This document shows positions 9,698 through 16,908 of a stretch of DNA of 64,000 bases, one piece after another. The position numbers and the translations under genes are program-made. Origin of the DNA: Dehalococcoidia bacterium (lineage in GTDB: Bacteria > Chloroflexota > Dehalococcoidia > Lucifugimonadales > CAUZJF01); NCBI GenBank assembly GCA_965248605.1, contig CBDFJV010000006.1, positions 9,513 through 73,512 of the forward strand. Reading direction: 5' to 3'. The notes under the pieces were generated by a model, which was given only the letters and a program-made list of their open reading frames with translations, was not told where the DNA came from and did not search any database. The first letter of the stretch is position 1, and every line of letters begins with the position of its first letter.

Positions 9698-10426
9698 TTA
9701 CTCGCCCTGTTTCGACTCGTTCTCTGCCTCTTCCGGCTCGTCCGTATTTGCTTCGGCGCCTGTTTCGCCGTCAGCAGCTTGCGAGACCTGGACCTCCTCC
9801 TGCATCCGCTGCGCCGCCACCCGCATCTGGTCGTCCATCCACCTCTTGAAAGCGTCCTGGGCCGGCGGAGAGACGTAGAAGACCTTTACGTCGTCGGGGA
9901 ACTGGACCCTATGGTCGGGCCGTATGAAGAGGACCCCCGCTTCGCCGCTCTGCAGACTGTCCGCGATGCGCTTGCCAATATGAGCGTAGCGGCTATCGGT
10001 AGCCTCACGAAAGCGCTGGACGGCCGTGTCCATTACTTTCGTGCTCATGAGGCCGATAGAGATGCAACGCTGCCAGTCGGTGCTCTCTTCCAGGAGCTCC
10101 TGGTTGTCCGTAGCCTCCAGTCGCGCGTCCGAGTGACACATCGCGCGGATGAACGAAACGGACTTGGGGTTCAAGCTCTCGATCATACCCATTCCAGCAT
10201 CGCCATCGACGAATACCGCCTCGTGGTAGACGTGGGATACCTTTCCCAGAGTCCGCTCGAGGTTTTCGATATGATCGCGGACCTCGGACCAGTAACGGTC
10301 CAGTAGCGTCTGTCCATCGTCTGGCGCGTCGGGAGACAGCATGTACGTGGGTACGAGGAATAGCTTGCGGGTGTCCTTGTACTGTTCAGCCCCCGGCTTG
10401 GGCATCTTCGTGATCGGCGTAGCCAT
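9698..10426 (-). CDS. Hypothetical protein, co-directional and 44 nt downstream of fdsA
   Basis: A 242-aa ORF with coding-like composition and an acidic C-terminal tail. I recognise no family. Confidence 0.55.
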   Translation of the reverse strand: MATPITKMPKPGAEQYKDTRKLFLVPTYMLSPDAPDDGQTLLDRYWSEVRDHIENLERTLGKVSHVYHEAVFVDGDAGMGMIESLNPKSVSFIRAMCHSDARLEATDNQELLEESTDWQRCISIGLMSTKVMDTAVQRFREATDSRYAHIGKRIADSLQSGEAGVLFIRPDHRVQFPDDVKVFYVSPPAQDAFKRWMDDQMRVAAQRMQEEVQVSQAADGETGAEANTDEPEEAENESKQGE

Positions 10427-10470
10427 CGGTCAGTCACCTGCTTGGAGAATCAGTCGCTGAGAGATTCGAG

Positions 10471-13218
10471 CTAAACGGTCGCGGCCTCCGTGGCGCGGTC
10501 CGGGCGGTCCGGCCTTGTGGCCTCCATTTTCTCGATACGGACCGCGCATACCTTGTACTCAGGGATCTTCGAGTCCGGGTCGTGCGCCGAGTTCGTGAGA
10601 AAGTTGGCGGCGTGCTTCTGAAGCTTGACGAAGGGCACGAAGACCTCGCCGGCTCGCATCTTCTCAGTGTAGGTCGCGCGCGCTTCCAATTCTCCGCGCT
10701 TCGACCGCAACCGTATCCATTCGCCATCCGCGACGCCATATTTTTCGCCGTCCTCGGCACTCATAGCCACCTGCAGCTCGGGAGACCGTGCCAGCAGGCC
10801 GGCCGAGCGACGTGTAATCGTGCCCCCGTGCCAGTGGTAAAGTATCCGTCCGGTGTTCAGGATCAGCGGGAATCGCTTCGAAGGCATTTCCTCCGCCTGA
10901 GGGCCCTGGTCGAAGGGCACGAACTTCGCCCGAGGGCCGCGTGGGAAGTCCTTTTCGTAAAGGAACCGGGTGCCCGGATGGTCCGGCGTCGGGCAAGGCC
11001 ACTGGATCCCGCCCTCGTTGTCGAGTCGCTCGTAGGAGATACCGGCCATACTCGGCGTAAGGGCTGCCATTTCCGCCCATATCTCAGAGGGGTGGCCGAA
11101 ACCGAACTCCGACTCCACGCCTAGCCCCAACCGGCGGCTCAGGCGCCGTCCCAGATCGCCGATGATGTCCCAGTCGGGGCGGCTCTCGCCGATCGGCTCG
11201 ATAGCCTTCCGGACCCGTTGCACCCTCCGCTCGCTATTGGTGAAGGTGCCGTCTTTCTCCGCGAACGTGGTGGCTGGAAGCACGACGTCGGCGATCTCGG
11301 CCGTTTCGTGGAGGAATATGTCTTGGACAACCAGGAACTCGAGGTTCTTGAATGCCTTCTCGGCCTCCGTGAGGTCCGGCTCGCTCAGCAGAGGGTTTTC
11401 GCCGGTAATGTACATCGCCTTGAGGCGGCCTTCTCTGGCCGCCTCGACCATGTCGGTCACCACCATTCCCTTCTCGGCCGGGAGCCCGGCGCCCCACGCG
11501 TCCTGGAACTTGTCGACTGTGACCTCGCTGATCACCTGATACCCAGGGAAGGCGTTCGGCAGACATCCCGCGTCGCCGCATCCCTGCACGTTGTTCTGGC
11601 CGCGCAGCGGAGAAATCCCGTTGCCGGGCTTGCCCATCTGGCCGGCCACCATCGCGAGGTTGAGGAGGCCGTGGGCGTTTGGGGTACCGTTGGTATGCTG
11701 TGTTATGCCCATGCCCCAGATGAGGCACGAACCGCTAAAGGGCGGGCTCGCGTATATGCCAGCCGCCTTCGCAATATCCTGAGCCGGCACGCCGGTGATC
11801 TTCTCGGCGTAGTCCAGGTCGTATTTGTCGATAACGGCCCGCCACTCTTCGAACCCCTCCGTCCGATCTCGGATGAAGGCTTCATCGGCCAGCCCGTCGT
11901 CGAGGATCACCTTGGCCATGGCGTTCAATAAGGCGACGTCCGTCCCAGGTCGGGGCCTCAGCCAGAGCTCGGCGAAATCGCACATCTCGATGCGCCTCGG
12001 GTTGATCACTATAAGCTTGGCCCCACGCTCGACGACGGCGCGCCGCATCCGGGAAGCCGCCACGGGGTGGTTGGAGTTGGCGTCGGACCCGATAATGACC
12101 AGACACCCGGCCTCCTCGTAGTCGATGTAAGAGTTGCTGGTCGCGCCGCTGCCCAATGAGGTCAACATGGCCTCGACGGACGGCGAATGGCATAGCCGGG
12201 TGCAGTGGTCGATGTGATTGGACTGCATAACCAGCCTGGCGAACTTCTGTTGGACGTATCCGTCCTCGTTGGTCGCCTTCGCCGAGCAGAGCGTTGCGAA
12301 AGAGTCGCCACGGTACTCAGCGAGGCGCTCGACCACGTAGTCGAGGGCTTCATCCCATGAGGTCGGGGTCAGCTTGCCGTTTCGTCGCACCAGGGGCCGC
12401 GTCAGCCGGTCCTGGTGGTGTACGAAGGTGTACCCGAACCGTCCCTTGACGCAGAGCATCCCGACGCTTGATTCGTTGTCCGGGTCGTCGAGCATCTCGA
12501 TGATGCGGTCGGTCTCATCGACCTGAGCTTTGATCCCGCAGCCAACACCACAGTACGGACAGGTGGTGGTCACGCTTCGGACAACGTTGTCTACCGGTTC
12601 CTTCACCTGAATTGCGCCGGTCGGGCAAACGGACAGGCACTGGCCGCAGGTCGTGCATACCGACTCAACGAGCGGTCCGTCCATGAACGTCCCTATGCGG
12701 GCATCGGTAGCCGCGCCAAGAATATCGATGGCGCCGATGAACTGGTGGCCGTCCTGACACGCCTGCGCGCATCGGCCACACATGATGCAGTCGTCCATCG
12801 CGATGTTGAAAACGGGGTTGCTGTCGTCGACGGGCTGTCGCGACCGTCCGTCCCAGCGAGTGCCTTCGAGGTCGTGGTGCTTGGCCGCGACGGAGAGCTC
12901 TTTGTAGTCTTTGGCGCCGTTCCCGTTCTTCGGGAACATCGCCAGCGTCAGCTCGACGACTCCGCTTCGCACGGCACGGAGCTCAGGGGTGTCCGTCCAC
13001 ACCTCCATTCCATCGACGGATGGAACGGAGCACGACGCCGGAAATCCGCGCTGGCCGTCGATCTGGACAAGGCAGGTGCGGCAGGCCCCGATGGGCTTCA
13101 TGTCGGGGTCTTTGCATAGCTGGGGCACGTAGGCGCCGGAGGAATTCACGGCGTCGAGCACGGACGAGCCGTTCTGGACCTCGACGGGGCTTCCGTTAAT
13201 CGCGAGTGTGATGCTCAT
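10471..13218 (-). CDS. fdsA: NAD-dependent formate dehydrogenase alpha subunit (Mo/W-bis-PGD), cysteine type
   Basis: The N-terminus carries 2Fe-2S and 4Fe-4S cysteine clusters (NuoG-like), followed by molybdopterin oxidoreductase domains. RLCHSPSV has Cys where selenocysteine FDHs carry Sec. The ORF is uninterrupted. Confidence 0.9.
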   Translation of the reverse strand: MSITLAINGSPVEVQNGSSVLDAVNSSGAYVPQLCKDPDMKPIGACRTCLVQIDGQRGFPASCSVPSVDGMEVWTDTPELRAVRSGVVELTLAMFPKNGNGAKDYKELSVAAKHHDLEGTRWDGRSRQPVDDSNPVFNIAMDDCIMCGRCAQACQDGHQFIGAIDILGAATDARIGTFMDGPLVESVCTTCGQCLSVCPTGAIQVKEPVDNVVRSVTTTCPYCGVGCGIKAQVDETDRIIEMLDDPDNESSVGMLCVKGRFGYTFVHHQDRLTRPLVRRNGKLTPTSWDEALDYVVERLAEYRGDSFATLCSAKATNEDGYVQQKFARLVMQSNHIDHCTRLCHSPSVEAMLTSLGSGATSNSYIDYEEAGCLVIIGSDANSNHPVAASRMRRAVVERGAKLIVINPRRIEMCDFAELWLRPRPGTDVALLNAMAKVILDDGLADEAFIRDRTEGFEEWRAVIDKYDLDYAEKITGVPAQDIAKAAGIYASPPFSGSCLIWGMGITQHTNGTPNAHGLLNLAMVAGQMGKPGNGISPLRGQNNVQGCGDAGCLPNAFPGYQVISEVTVDKFQDAWGAGLPAEKGMVVTDMVEAAREGRLKAMYITGENPLLSEPDLTEAEKAFKNLEFLVVQDIFLHETAEIADVVLPATTFAEKDGTFTNSERRVQRVRKAIEPIGESRPDWDIIGDLGRRLSRRLGLGVESEFGFGHPSEIWAEMAALTPSMAGISYERLDNEGGIQWPCPTPDHPGTRFLYEKDFPRGPRAKFVPFDQGPQAEEMPSKRFPLILNTGRILYHWHGGTITRRSAGLLARSPELQVAMSAEDGEKYGVADGEWIRLRSKRGELEARATYTEKMRAGEVFVPFVKLQKHAANFLTNSAHDPDSKIPEYKVCAVRIEKMEATRPDRPDRATEAATV

Positions 13219-13304
13219 GGTGTGCCTTTCGCCCTATGGGCCGATAGCAGGCAGCGAGAACAGATATTTTGTCCTGTACGTTCTCGACTCCAGGCTAGTT
13301 CTTG

Positions 13305-13329
13305 GATTCCTCGCTACGCTCGGAATGAC
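13305..13329. repeat. GTCATTCCGAG..CGAGGAATC hairpin repeat (extra copy beyond the GIY-YIG unit)
   Basis: GATTCCTCGCTACGCTCGGAATGAC is the reverse complement of the hairpin found upstream of both GIY-YIG genes. Confidence 0.6.
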
Positions 13330-13408
13330 GGTGCGCATCGAATTACCTCCTGGCCCTCGACACCTCTGCGACTGTCACCTAGCACCTCGTTGGCGTTTCC
13401 CCCACACT

Positions 13409-13789
13409 GTCACCCTGAGGCCGCTTCGGGCGAAGGGTCTAAGGACTCGCTCTGCGGACCGTACCAATCCATCGCCAGATCCTTCCATCGAGGGTTCAGC
13501 GACTCGATGAGCGCTTCTTTTTTCGAGCGGCGCCAGCCTTTGAGCTGCTTTTCTCGCGCGATCGCAGAGGTGATATCGCTGGTGGCCTCATAGTACGCTA
13601 ACCATGTGATGTTGTACCGCTTTGTGAACCCGTCTACGAGCTTCTGTTTGTGCTCGTAGACCCGGCGCATGAGATCGCTGGTTACACCGGTGTAGAGGGT
13701 CCTCTTGCCATTGGTGAGGATGTAGACATAGTACTGACCCATCGGCCTTCCGGCTGGTCCTTAGATTCCTCGTCGGACTCGGAATGACA
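13409..13789 (-). mobile_element. Hairpin-bounded GIY-YIG unit (intact copy)
   Basis: On the coding strand the order is GTCATTCCGAG-N-CGAGGAATCTAAGGAC (13789..13758), then the GIY-YIG ORF, then GTCCTTAGACCCTTCG-N-CTCAGGGTGAC (13446..13409). The same architecture occurs at 29481..29857. Confidence 0.6.
13410..13742 (-). CDS. GIY-YIG nuclease family protein (small URI-domain type)
   Basis: YYVYILTNGKRTLYTGVTSDLMRRVYEHK...REKQLKGW gives the GIY-YIG motifs. The last codons and the stop lie inside the 3' hairpin repeat. Confidence 0.85.
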   Translation of the reverse strand: MGQYYVYILTNGKRTLYTGVTSDLMRRVYEHKQKLVDGFTKRYNITWLAYYEATSDITSAIAREKQLKGWRRSKKEALIESLNPRWKDLAMDWYGPQSESLDPSPEAASG

Positions 13790-14006
13790 ATCCGGGCGAT
13801 TCCAGGGCTTCTTGAAGTGTTAGCTTGAGAGTCTCCAATAGATCCTCATGAGTCGATTCCTGGCAGTTCACGCCAGGCAACTCTTCTACCCAGCCTATCC
13901 ACCAGTTGCCGTCCTGTTTTATGACCGCCGTATATCCGCTCTTCAGAGTTCACCTCAGGCGCGATGAACGCCAAGCTTACTTGTCCTGTCTGCGGCGATC
14001 AACTGC

Positions 14007-14165
14007 TTATCCCGAAACACCTGCCAGCGTCGCCGCCTCGTCGCCGAAGAAGTGGAGAGCGCTGTTGATCGGCGCTCCCGCCGCCTGGCCTAGCCCGCAT
14101 AGCGACGCGAGAGACACCACTTCTGAAAGATAACGTAGCTCGTCCAGATCGCCGGGCCGAACCGC
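14007..14165 (-). pseudogene. Duplicated 3' end of fdsB (displaced fragment)
   Basis: It encodes ..GDLDELRYLSEVVSLASLCGLGQAAGAPINSALHFFGDEAATLAGVSG*. The 119-bp core 14037..14155 differs at 3 positions from 14705..14823 in the intact gene, while the last ~30 nt before the stop are diverged. Confidence 0.85.
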
Positions 14166-14200
14166 CATACGACCTGGAGCGCTCCGGGGGGCATCGACCT

Positions 14201-14461
14201 TCACGTATACACCTCACTCCGGTGCCCGACTGCGTAGACCGTTACGCTCTTATTCGAATCGTCGATTTGGTAGAGTACGCGATACGCTCCCACTCTGACC
14301 CGATAAGAATTCGTGCTTCCAACGAGCTTGCGGCACTGGCTCGGCCTTGGCTCTGAGGCAAGGGACTGAATCAACCTGAGTACCCTTGTTCCGAGTCGCG
14401 GAGATAGCTTCTCCAGCTCTCGTGTCGCTGTTCGCCTTATTTCGACTCGGTAGTCTGCCAC
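14201..14461 (-). CDS. Type II toxin, RelE/ParE family
   Basis: An 86-aa protein with ..YRVRVGAYRVLYQIDDSNKSVTVYAVGHRSEVY, the typical RelE/ParE C-terminal pattern. It overlaps the upstream antitoxin ORF. Confidence 0.8.
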   Translation of the reverse strand: MADYRVEIRRTATRELEKLSPRLGTRVLRLIQSLASEPRPSQCRKLVGSTNSYRVRVGAYRVLYQIDDSNKSVTVYAVGHRSEVYT

Positions 14462-14640
14462 CTATCTTCCAGCCTCTTCCTTACGATTTCAAACGGCTCG
14501 GCTGGCTCATCTTTCCGCTCCGCCATCACGGCAAGGTCCTCCAGATCTTCCAGGAGCTCCCGATATTCTCCCAAAGGGATTACTACCGAAGTCTTCCTCC
14601 CATTCTCATCGACCAGAAAATGCTTCTTCGCTCTAGCCAT
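14437..14640 (-). CDS. Type II antitoxin (Phd/YefM- or RelB-like)
   Basis: A small acidic protein (MARAKKHFLVDENGRKTSVVIPLGEYRELLEDLEDL..). The ATG at 14640 is preceded by GAGGAG. It overlaps the toxin start. Confidence 0.7.
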   Translation of the reverse strand: MARAKKHFLVDENGRKTSVVIPLGEYRELLEDLEDLAVMAERKDEPAEPFEIVRKRLEDRWQTTESK

Positions 14641-14677
14641 ACGATTCTCCTCAGATTTGAACATCCAGGCTCATGTA

Positions 14678-16291
14678 TTATGACACGCCTGCCCGCGCCG
14701 CCATCTCGTCGCCGTAGAAGTGGAGAGCGCTGTTGATCGGCGCTCCCGCCGCCTGGCCTAGTCCGCATAGCGACGCGAGAGACACCACTTCTGAAAGATA
14801 ACGTAGCTCGTCCAGGTCGCCGGCCGAGCCGTTTCCTGAAATCAGCCGGTCGAGGGTGTCGACGATGCGAGGCGTACCTTCGCGGCAGGGTGTGCACTTG
14901 CCGCACGACTCCGCCGCGTTGTAGGCGGCCAGCCGCCGGACTACGTCGAGCGCGTTCGTCCTTTCGTCGAGCGCGATCACGCCGCCGGCTCCGAGCATAA
15001 CGCCGGACTCGTGGAGCTGGCCGGGAGCGATCGGCGTGTCGAGCATGGACACCGGGAACACGCCGCTGGACGGTCCGCCGACAGCGACTCCGGTGAGAGT
15101 GTGTCCTGTCCGCGGCCCTCCTCCGATGGCGGTGATGATCTCGCGGAGCGTCGTGCCCATCGGCACCTCGACGACGCCGGGCCTCGGCACCGACCCGCTG
15201 AGGCTGACGATCTTGGTCCCCGAGGCGTCCTCCGCCCCGATCTCGGCGAAGGCGGCCGCACCGTTGGTCATTATGAACGGCACGCTTGCTAGAGTCTCGG
15301 CGTTGTTGATCACCGTCGGTTTCGCCCACAGGCCGGCCTCGGTCGGAAAGGGAGGCCGAAGCCGCGGTTCCCGACGGTACCCTTCCATCGTATTGAGCAT
15401 CGTCGTCTCTTCGCCGCAGACGTAGCCACCGGCTCCTCGGAGAATCTCGACGCTCAAGTTGTACCCCGAGCCCAGAATATCGTCGCCCAGCAGGCCAAGC
15501 TCCGCTGCCTGCTCGACGGCCTTCCGCACCCGCTCGGCCGAGAGGTTCGCCTCGGCGTTGATGTAGACGTAGGCCTGTTCGACGCCCGACGCGTAGGCCG
15601 CAACGATCGCCCCTTCCACGACCCGATGGGGCACGCCCTCCATCAAGTGGCGGTCCTTGAAGACTCCGGGTTCGCCCTCCTCGGAGTTGACTACGAGATA
15701 ACGGGGTTCGACTTCAACCTTCCGAGCCCCCTCCCACTTCAGGGCGGCGGGGAAGTACGCGCCCCCTCGGCCTCGGAGTCCGGAGGCCTTGACCTCCTCG
15801 ATGACCTCTCCAGGCGACATCGACAACGCCCTTGCGAGACCCGCGTATCCGCCACTGAGGATGTAGTCATCGGCCTCGGTAGCCTCCAGCTCGCCACACC
15901 GGTCGAGAGCGACACGATGTTGCTTCTCGAGAAACGCCTCCGACTGACTATCCGCTTTCCTTGCCCCGCCGGCCGCTCCGGAGACGTGTGCTGCAATTGT
16001 GTGAATTGCTTCGGGTGTGACGTTCGCAATCCTCGTATGGGCGCCGTTTTTCCGCGGAATCAGCACCTGCGGAGCCGCGAAGCACGCTCCCTCGCAGCCT
16101 GCTATTACCATATAGGCGTTGTCCGGTATCGAACTCGATAGGGAGTCAGCCACGTCCTGTGCGCCGACGGCCTGCGAACAGTGTCCGACCTGGACTACGA
16201 CGCGGGCCTTACCAGCGCGTTCAGAATCGTAACGCCTCTGCGCCGCCTCCTTCAATTCGTTTAGTGCGTTGACGGGACTGGTAGCCATCAC
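14678..16291 (-). CDS. fdsB: Formate dehydrogenase beta subunit (NuoF-like NAD/FMN/4Fe-4S)
   Basis: RGRGGAYFP (FMN site), the GEPG.FKDR motif and the C-terminal cluster ESCGKCTPCREG are present. It overlaps fdsG by 4 nt. Confidence 0.9.
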   Translation of the reverse strand: MMATSPVNALNELKEAAQRRYDSERAGKARVVVQVGHCSQAVGAQDVADSLSSSIPDNAYMVIAGCEGACFAAPQVLIPRKNGAHTRIANVTPEAIHTIAAHVSGAAGGARKADSQSEAFLEKQHRVALDRCGELEATEADDYILSGGYAGLARALSMSPGEVIEEVKASGLRGRGGAYFPAALKWEGARKVEVEPRYLVVNSEEGEPGVFKDRHLMEGVPHRVVEGAIVAAYASGVEQAYVYINAEANLSAERVRKAVEQAAELGLLGDDILGSGYNLSVEILRGAGGYVCGEETTMLNTMEGYRREPRLRPPFPTEAGLWAKPTVINNAETLASVPFIMTNGAAAFAEIGAEDASGTKIVSLSGSVPRPGVVEVPMGTTLREIITAIGGGPRTGHTLTGVAVGGPSSGVFPVSMLDTPIAPGQLHESGVMLGAGGVIALDERTNALDVVRRLAAYNAAESCGKCTPCREGTPRIVDTLDRLISGNGSAGDLDELRYLSEVVSLASLCGLGQAAGAPINSALHFYGDEMAARAGVS

Positions 16292-16746
16292 CTACTCACG
16301 CCTTCACGGAGCAGGGCACGGACCGAATCGGCCGTCACCCTGCCCTGCCACTTCCCGTCCCACTCGACGGCCGGCGCCATTGCACACAGGAATCCGCAAG
16401 GCGTCTCTTCGAAGGTCACGCGCCCATCAGGCGACTCCCCGCCGTTAAGCTCAGCCTTCGCGGCGTCGACTATCCCGTCGCTGCCGTTAGTCCAGCAGCT
16501 GAGACCGGTACAGACGCGAAGGACGTGCTCACCTGGCCGTTCAATGCGGAGCTCGGTATAGCTGGTCGCGGCCCCGTAGACCTCGCTCGCCGGTATGCCC
16601 AGATGCCAACCGACCACCTCCATGGCCCAGTCCGGCAGGTACCCGAACTCGTGCTGCAGGAAGTGAAGGGCGGGAAGAAGCTGGCCGTGGTCTCTAGCGA
16701 ACTTCTGGCGCAAGGTCGCGCGGAGTTCGTTTCGTTCCGAGGTCAC
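16288..16746 (-). CDS. fdsG: Formate dehydrogenase gamma subunit (NuoE-like 2Fe-2S)
   Basis: LLPALHFLQHEFGYLP and the C..C...C spacing (VCTGLSC..PCGFLC) fit a thioredoxin-like 2Fe-2S ferredoxin. Confidence 0.85.
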   Translation of the reverse strand: MTSERNELRATLRQKFARDHGQLLPALHFLQHEFGYLPDWAMEVVGWHLGIPASEVYGAATSYTELRIERPGEHVLRVCTGLSCWTNGSDGIVDAAKAELNGGESPDGRVTFEETPCGFLCAMAPAVEWDGKWQGRVTADSVRALLREGVSR

Positions 16747-16768
16747 GATTCAAGCATCCGAGCGGGCA

Positions 16769-16899
16769 CTAGTGGTCCAACATCCTAGTATTGAAGGGTT
16801 CTGAGGTTACGGCTTGGTAGGGGCGGGTTTGAAACCCGCCCTGTCGTCGTAGCACGCCAATCTCGGCTACCCCTCATTTCAAAGATTTCGGTCTACTAG
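16769..16899 (-). repeat. 131-bp CTAG-bounded MITE-like repeat, copy 1
   Basis: It is essentially identical to the six other copies. The termini CTAGTAGACC / GGACCACTAG form an 8/10 inverted repeat, and the core hairpin is GGGCGGGTTT-C-AAACCCGCCC. Confidence 0.9.
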
Positions 16900-16908
16900 G
16901 TCCATGTG

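Noticed and set aside
10471-13218. Possible selenocysteine codon in the formate dehydrogenase alpha subunit
   Set aside because: The ORF is uninterrupted, and the position that carries Sec in selenium-dependent FDHs reads Cys (RLCHSPSV).
13208-13593. ORFs 13208..13510 and 13222..13593 downstream of fdsA, plus 4125..4706 and 29781..29966
   Set aside because: They are read-through of the GTCATTCCGAG / GTCACCCTGAG hairpin repeats or lie antisense to the GIY-YIG genes. They are not independent genes.
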